A stretch of DNA of 63,057 bases, filler included, from Octopus bimaculoides (taxonomy: Eukaryota), in NCBI RefSeq assembly GCF_001194135.2. It is 6 parts of 6 records of this genome, joined end to end, with 100 filler letters (N's around TTAATTAATTAA, not from the genome) between each part and the next. Parts side by side here need not be neighbours in the genome. Positions count along the whole stretch, not along the records: positions 49,819 to 57,379 come from NC_068994.1; positions 57,480 to 59,516 come from NC_068989.1; positions 59,617 to 63,057 come from NC_068983.1; 3 more parts are not named here. One strand, written 5' to 3'. The number at the start of each line of letters is the position of its first letter. The stretch's first letter is position 1. Positions 56,667 through 63,057 of this stretch are shown piece after piece. The translations under genes were made by a program, and so were the position numbers. A model generated the notes under the pieces. That model was given only the letters and a program-made list of their open reading frames with translations, did no database searches and was not told the origin of the DNA.

Positions 56667-56714
<48 letters not shown>

Positions 56715-56897
56715 CGATAACGACGATGATGATGACAAAGACGACAATGATGACGATGGTGATGGTTATGACGATGATTACGATGATGATAATGATGATG
56801 ATAATGATGATGATTATGATGATGATGAGGAGGAGGAGGAGGGGGGAGGGGGAGGATAACTGGTACTTAATTTATCGACCCCGAAAAGATGAAAAGC

Positions 56898-57330
56898 AAA
56901 TACTCTGCTCAATACCACAGATTTGCTTGTAACTTGTTTGACCATAACCAGTTGAGCATGTCCCTTAGTGGCTGACGATATGTGCATCGCTGATCACGAG
57001 CAGAAGTAGTTGGGGAGTATCACACCCATGTGTTCAGAGGAATTCTTTGGGGTTTGGGTAATTCACCTCTGAAAACATGGGTGATTCGTTCAATATCCTT
57101 AAACAACCCTTATTCAGGGACCTTTTGAGCAAGATGGGCTACTCGTCCTTAAGAAAATTCTAACTGGGCCCCACCTGCAAGGTCATGTGCTGTTAATCTT
57201 GATATGAGATCACCATATCACGCACATATGGCTATGATGCATGTGCCTGGTGTACCCTTATCAGACGGGTAGTCATGGTGGGTATATTGGGCTTCGTATA
57301 TTTTACCCCAGTGTCACATTGATGGCACTC
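56898..57330 (+). mobile_element. Unclassified dispersed retroposon segment ending in (AAT)n (three copies in window)
   Basis: ctgctcaatacc...gttgagcatgtcccttag..gctgacgatatgtgcatc...gaagtagt.ggggag recurs at about 29525-29715 and 47178-47345. Confidence 0.75.
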
Positions 57331-57370
<40 letters not shown>

Positions 57371-57483
57371 GAAATTAGCNNNNNNNNNNNNNNNNNNNNN
57401 NNNNNNNNNNNNNNNNNNNNNNNTTAATTAATTAANNNNNNNNNNNNNNNNNNNNNNNNNNNNNNNNNNNNNNNNNNNNTTTT

Positions 57484-57573
57484 ATTTCCAACATATGTTT
57501 CGAAGATTACAAATTATACCTTCCATAGGAATAGGTGATGTTGATAAGAATGTAATCTTCTTTTCAGGGAAAT
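57484..57573 (-). ncRNA. Minimal type-I hammerhead motif with G8>A core change
   Basis: Minus strand: ATTTCC; CTGAAAA; GAAGATTAC[41-nt loop]GTAATCTTC (perfect 9-bp stem II); GAA; ACATATGT (perfect palindrome); T; GGAAAT (perfect 6-bp stem I). The only deviation is CTGAAAA versus CTGANGA. Confidence 0.7.
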
Positions 57574-57620
57574 GCATGAGAACCAGCTTAAACATAAGAC
57601 ATTTTAACCGAATATGATAA

Positions 57621-57652
<32 letters not shown>

Positions 57653-57654
57653 AC

Positions 57655-57835
57655 ATCATCATCATTATCATCACCATCGTTGTTAAACATCCAGGCTCCA
57701 TGCTGGCATGGGTTGCACGGTTTGACATAGAGCTGGCTAGAAGGGAGCTGTCCGGACTCCAAATGTTTGCTGAGGCATGGTTTTGATGGCTGGAAGCCCT
57801 TCCTAACACCAACCATTCAACAGATTGTGCTGGAA
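57655..57835 (-). mobile_element. Dispersed retroposon 3' end with (GAT)n tail; inverted partner at about 58930-59135 (+)
   Basis: catccaggctccatgctggcatgggttg...ggctggaagcccttcctaacaccaacc is the reverse-complement homologue of aaggttgtctgcaagaaaggcagcc...caagcatggaaaagaagacattaaac..gatgatgat. Confidence 0.55.
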
Positions 57836-58624
57836 GCTTTTTGTGTCACCATCACAGCTGCATTTAAGCAGCACTGGCTGTTGATGCAGCACCAGCTTAG
57901 TTAAAGCAGTTTGATTCAGCTCCATGCGAATTAAAGTTTTGCAGGCTCAGATAAGCAAATCAGTAATCTGAGCTTGAACAAGCCAGGTTTATGTTAGAAG
58001 CCTGCACAACTTTAAGTTGCATGCAACTGAACCAAACTGTTTTAGATAATAACATAAGTAACTTCCACTGAATGTGTTGAGTGCCTTTTTCTTTCATTTT
58101 TTTCACTCANNNNNNNNNNNNNNNNNNNNNNNNNNNNNNNNNNNNNNNNNNNNNNNNNNNNNNNNNNNNNNNNNNNNNNNNNNNNNNNNNNNNNNNNNNN
58201 NNNNNNNNNNNNNNNNNNNNNNNNNNNNNNNNNNNNNNNNNNNNNNNNNNNNNNNNNNNNNNNNNNNNNNNNNNNNNNNNNNNNNNNNNNNNNNNNNNNN
58301 NNNNNNNNNNNNNNNNNNNNNNNNNNNNNNNNNNNNNNNNNNNNNNNNNNNNNNNNNNNNNNNNNNNNNNNNNNNNNNNNNNNNNNNNNNNNNNNNNNNN
58401 NNNNNNNNNNNNNNNNNNNNNNNNNNNNNNNNNNNNNNNNNNNNNNNNNNNNNNNACAGGGGGATGTGAATAAATTGTTGTCTACGTTACGCAAAAATAT
58501 TAGTAGCAGCAAGATGGATTGTCAAGGAGAATGATGGGGTGGGAAATAGGAAGGCATACTGCCAGAAGGGTTAGGGTTGAAGGGCAGATAACAATCACAA
58601 TAATCCTTTTTTGGGGTGGCAGTG

Positions 58625-58745
58625 GGGCTAGTTGATTACATCAACCAAGTGCTCAACTGGTACTTATTCCATCAACCTCAAATGGATGAAAGATAAAGTC
58701 AGCTTGGGTGGAATTTGAACTCTGGGCCTAATGATGAACACTATG
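58625..58745 (-). mobile_element. tRNA-derived SINE, family A, partial and diverged
   Basis: ctggtacttattccatcaacctcaaatggatgaaagataaagtcagcttgggtggaatttgaactc matches the 34985-35060 segment. A further fragment is at 56858-56897. Confidence 0.65.
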
Positions 58746-59276
58746 CTGTTAAGTTGATCTGGGATGATGATAGAAAACACTTGCTCAAGGTCCAGTACAC
58801 TGGGATTGAAATCAAAACCAAACACACACACACATAATATTATATATGCATGTATGTATATTTATGTATGTGTGTATGTGTATCTATGTATGCGTGTATA
58901 TCTTTGTTTTCAAACATCATGTGATGATCGTACGTGAGCATTTTCATCAGACAAGTGAGGTTGTTCGTTTCCAATCTTCCATGAAATGGGAAATGGGAAA
59001 ACATTATCTTACTTGGAAATAGGTGAAGGTTGTCTGCAAGAAAGGCAGCCAGATAAAGAAAATCTGCCTCAAAAAATTCCATTTGACCTACACAAGCATG
59101 GAAAAGAAGACATTAAACAATTTTGATGATGATATATATTTACACACAAACACAAACGCACATTTAATAATATAGATGAATAACAGAAAAATATTGTAAC
59201 ATCACCTGCAAGGTTCAAACATGGCACCTGTTGTAAACATTGCAGCTATGTTCATACACACACATATGCACACATT

Positions 59277-59334
<58 letters not shown>

Positions 59335-60348
59335 CAAGAATGTACAAACAAGAGAAAAATGCTCTCAATACATTGAGTAGAATTTTATTCATTCACTCAA
59401 ATCTAAAGTTACAAGGAGGCAAATTGTGTACATACCTATACATTCATGGAGTCTCACTTGTTCACACTTACATGCCGACATTTACTTACATACAAATATT
59501 ACACACACACACAAACNNNNNNNNNNNNNNNNNNNNNNNNNNNNNNNNNNNNNNNNNNNNTTAATTAATTAANNNNNNNNNNNNNNNNNNNNNNNNNNNN
59601 NNNNNNNNNNNNNNNNTACAAACGCACCCAGAAAACAGTCGCACACGCACGCGCACACACACACATACGCACACACACACTCACCATCACACATGCATAC
59701 ACTCAAACATACATATATGCACAGTAAAAGATCTTTGCTTTTCTAGTCCGTCGCGGCTTCGTACTATATGAGTACCACGAAATATAGAAGGGACGTGTAC
59801 GCATTCGATTGCTAAAGATAACAGTCAAATCCTCCTCATATACATTCTGATGTATTTTAAGTTGGGCATACAAAGGTTTACAAAACGAAAGAATGGTCAC
59901 GGTTCGAATGCCTTTCTGCTGGATCAGTATTTACTTGGAGTTAAACAACAACATAGAAGCCTCTATGTAGTTGTTGGACCTACAAGAAACAGCAGCCAAA
60001 CTTGCCTCAGGTCACAGTCTATTGTTTTGGAAAGAATGGGCTGTATTGAATAATGTAGCCTTGCATGCTCATTGCTAGGAAAATAAGATGTTCGTGGTAA
60101 AGATTGTTAACCTCTTTAGGTCAATCAGGGTTGACCTCGAGTCAAGCAGCAGCAACAGCAATTGCAACATCAGCAGCAAAAACGACAACAACAAGAACAG
60201 TTTATTCTCCTTAGAATTCCAGACCGAACCAGAGCTCTAGCAATTATGTGAACGATATACGGTCGCTGGAAAATATCATTCCAACTTCCTCGACGCATAA
60301 TAGGTGTAAGGAAATTTCTTATAACGGCGTTTTTGTTCTCTTTTCTAG

Positions 60349-60468
60349 ATATTGACGAGTGTCAAGAAGAGATTTGCCCACTACACTCTGATTGCATCAA
60401 TACAGAAGGCTCATACAGTTGTCAATGCAAACTTGGTTACTATGAAATCAGAAAAAATAGATGCTCAG
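60349..60468 (+). CDS. Internal coding exon encoding one calcium-binding EGF-like domain (host gene unidentified)
   Basis: Acceptor ttgttctcttttctAG ends at 60348; donor cag|GTaata starts at 60469. The exon is 120 bp, phase 1 at both ends, typical of EGF module exons. Translation (D)IDECQEEICPLHSDCINTEGSYSCQCKLGYYEIRKNRCS has six Cys in EGF spacing, the DIDEC Ca-binding motif and the C-x-N-x4-Y-x-C-x-C hydroxylation consensus. Confidence 0.92.
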
Positions 60469-60900
60469 GTAATAGTTATTCCTTTACAGCATTCTACCAC
60501 CTCTTCGATCCCTGTTCGTCTCATATTTTAAATTTGTTTTTTCTTCCTTTCTTTACTCATTTCATTCACTTTTTTTCTTACTAACTTCTTGGTTCTTTCT
60601 TTCTCAATCCCTGAATCGCATCATAGATTATTAAATTAATTTTGATTAAGAGCAATTTCTAGCTGTGTTGCAGAACATTTTGTTTTAAATCAACGATAGA
60701 AATTTTCTTGTGATTAATTGATTTGCATAAATTTCTTTGACAGTTGTCAGATTTTCACTACAATAGGATAATGTCTGTATATTAACAAATATATAAACAG
60801 TTTGAAGGAAAATCCATAGCTTTAACCTTGACAAAGCTGATAATGTATAACTCAGTCAAAATTGGAATCTTACAGCTGTTTTAGAGTCAAGTGAAAGATA

Positions 60901-60991
<91 letters not shown>

Positions 60992-61069
60992 GTTCTCACT
61001 TTCTCTTTCAATGTGTATGAGCATGCATGCGTGTATGTGCGCGCGCGCTTGTGTCTGTGTGTTTCTACG

Positions 61070-63010
61070 CACTGAACAGCAGGTGCCTTTATAGCAAGTC
61101 TTTGTTGCTTTAACAAAATCTTTTGATACAGTTAACAGAGATGCAGTGTGGACAATACTCGGGAAAGTTGGGTACCCCACCCCACTGTCTGTCAATATGT
61201 TTAAACGGTTGCACCAAGACCTGAAGACTAGAGTCACCTTTAACGCAAAATTGTCTAACGAAGATCCGATTGATAATGGAGTAAAGCAAAGCGATATCCT
61301 ACTCCCACATTCTATTCGATATTCTTTACTGTTCTACTTATGCATGCATTCCCGACTGTGCTAAGGGTGTCTTCTTAAAGTTTAGAACTACAGGAAGAGT
61401 CTTCAACTTGAGAAGGATCAACTTCAATTCAAAAACGTTTGAAACTTGAATCAGTGAACTCCTTTTTTACAGATGACGGTGACTTCTTGGCTTACACTGC
61501 TGGTGACTTACAACACATTATGGATCATTTTGCCTTTGGTCTTAAAATAAGTCAGGAAAAAGAAACAAGGTAATGTTCACACCTGCACCAGGCGAACCGT
61601 ATATCGAGTCAGATATCATAGTATATATTACGCGATTGGGAGTAGTTGACATTTTTGTTTACCTGGGCAGCATGTTGTCGAGAGATGGCTTCTTAGATGC
61701 AGAAATACATCTATGCATTTAAAAAACATTTGTAGTATTTGGGAAACTTGAAAAGTGAGTCTGGACAAATCGCTGCATCCCCACCAAAAAACCAAGCTGA
61801 GCGTTTACAAGCCTTACATACCAATGGCTCTATTATACTATCCTGAAACATAGTACACTGTAGATATCTCAAGCTACTGACGAGTGAAATGGTCAGTCAC
61901 TATAAGTAAGGAGACGTCGGCCAGTATAGAGAGAGTACGTAGAGTACGTAGAGTACGAGAGTACGTGTAGACTGTGTTGATAGTCGTGTTTGTGCTGATT
62001 AGTAATTGTACTGTGATACTGAGTGGACGTTATAACGATCCAACCCTTTGAGGATAATAACACTGTACAACTGAGTGTCATACAGTACCAGATAGAAACA
62101 TTCCATCGACGACTTCGGAATATAACAATATCTTTCAGAGCGACAACCGTCGTATAAAGACAGATAAAACTGGCAAAAGACCGCTTTATAACAGTTACTT
62201 GAGTGCATTTAAAAAAAATTCCTTGAGACATATGCTCAATGTCAAGTAGCAAAGTAAGACACCGGACACTGAAGTCCTTGTAAAGACAGGATGCAGAAAC
62301 ATCCAGTCATTCATCATAACTACTCAGATGCGTTGGGCAGGCTGTTATGTGTATGGAAGATAATACGATTCCAGAGTAGATGTTCTACAGTGTGCTGTGC
62401 ACTGGAAAGCGTATTCAGCACAAACCGCAAGAAAGGTACAAACACTGACAAAAGGCAAGCAGAAGGAACTATAAATCAATATGAAGAACTGGAAAGATCT
62501 AGCTTTGGAAAGAGCTGAGTGGAGGAAAATTGTAAAACTTTTGAACAGAGTCGCCTTGAGTACGAAAGCATAAAGCACTGGCTTCGTAGGGGCTGTCATC
62601 AGAACCTCAGTTAGGACATAAAGTGTTGGAGGTGTAAAACGTATGACTATGTACTCCCTTTCTGGCTATGTCAACCATCTGAAGTCCCGTAAAAGATCAA
62701 GTGTATGCAATGCCATTCCTCCTTGACCAAGTGATTCAACATGTATAGTGTGTGAAACGGCTTGCAAGTCGATTTCACGTTTGAAGATACATATGGCGGT
62801 TTATATCTCGCAAACGGATCATATCTCACAAAATTATCTGATCACTCCGATTAAGGTTATGACTTCCACCTGTCACCTATGCTTCACTTAATGCAAATCT
62901 GTAGCGGTGGAGAATAATCATCTGAGAGGTCATAGACGGAAAGTCAGAAATACTATTGATAACGACGAAGCTCAGAGAGACGGCAATCATCTAAAATAGA
63001 GGAGTCACCA
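61070..63010 (+). mobile_element. 5'-truncated, decayed RTE-clade LINE (RT domain to C-terminal C2H2 fingers, (TA)n tail)
   Basis: Translation across stops and frameshifts: QVFVALTKSFDTVNRDAVWTILGK...NGVKQSDILLP...ELLF-DDGDFLA...FVYLGSMLS...KTKLSVYK...LRHMLNVK*QSKTPDTEVL...QMRWAG. These match the RTE motifs FVDLTKAFDTVNR, GVKQG, LFADD, FxYLGS and LRWAGH. Confidence 0.9.
61878..62193 (-). mobile_element. 316-bp solo LTR nested in the RTE LINE
   Basis: TG...CA termini (minus strand TGTTATAAAG...CTCGTCA), flanked by a 5-bp duplication GCTAC (61873-77) / GTTAC (62194-98) with one mismatch. Removing the insert and one duplicate restores the RTE frame ctc aag cta ctt gag = LKLLE. Short internal AGAGTACGT tandem repeat. 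Orientation is tentative. Confidence 0.75.
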
Positions 63011-63015
63011 AGTGC

Positions 63016-63057
<42 letters not shown>

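Noticed and set aside
23231-59572. Five identical TTAATTAATTAA islands as a conserved motif or regularly spaced repeat
   Set aside because: Each is flanked by about 40 Ns on both sides, so it is an artificial six-frame-stop gap spacer.

Overview
Eukaryotic, AT-rich, microsatellite-saturated genomic DNA from a gapped draft assembly. The repeat content suggests a coleoid cephalopod, most likely Octopus; this is inference, not a database match. Nearly all ORFs in the supplied track are simple-repeat or N-gap artefacts. The only convincing host coding sequence is one 120-bp phase-1/phase-1 exon encoding a calcium-binding EGF domain (60349-60468, +), so the window is probably mostly intron or flank of a large extracellular-protein gene. 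The rest is decayed mobile DNA: an RTE-type LINE with three C-terminal C2H2 fingers, interrupted by a 316-bp solo LTR; three R4/Dong-type fragments abutting (TAA)n/(TAG)n arrays; a Penelope-like RT remnant; a Tc1/mariner remnant; another LINE 3' end; and several tRNA-derived SINE families. The most interesting signal is at the RNA level. Four unrelated sequence families carry minimal type-I hammerhead ribozyme motifs (or the 3' half of one) with palindromic stem III, at about 19.5, 38.7, 51.7 and 57.5 kb. Three of them sit in head-to-head fold-back inverted repeats with one motif on each strand. The only intact catalytic cores are on the + strand, the strand of the EGF exon.
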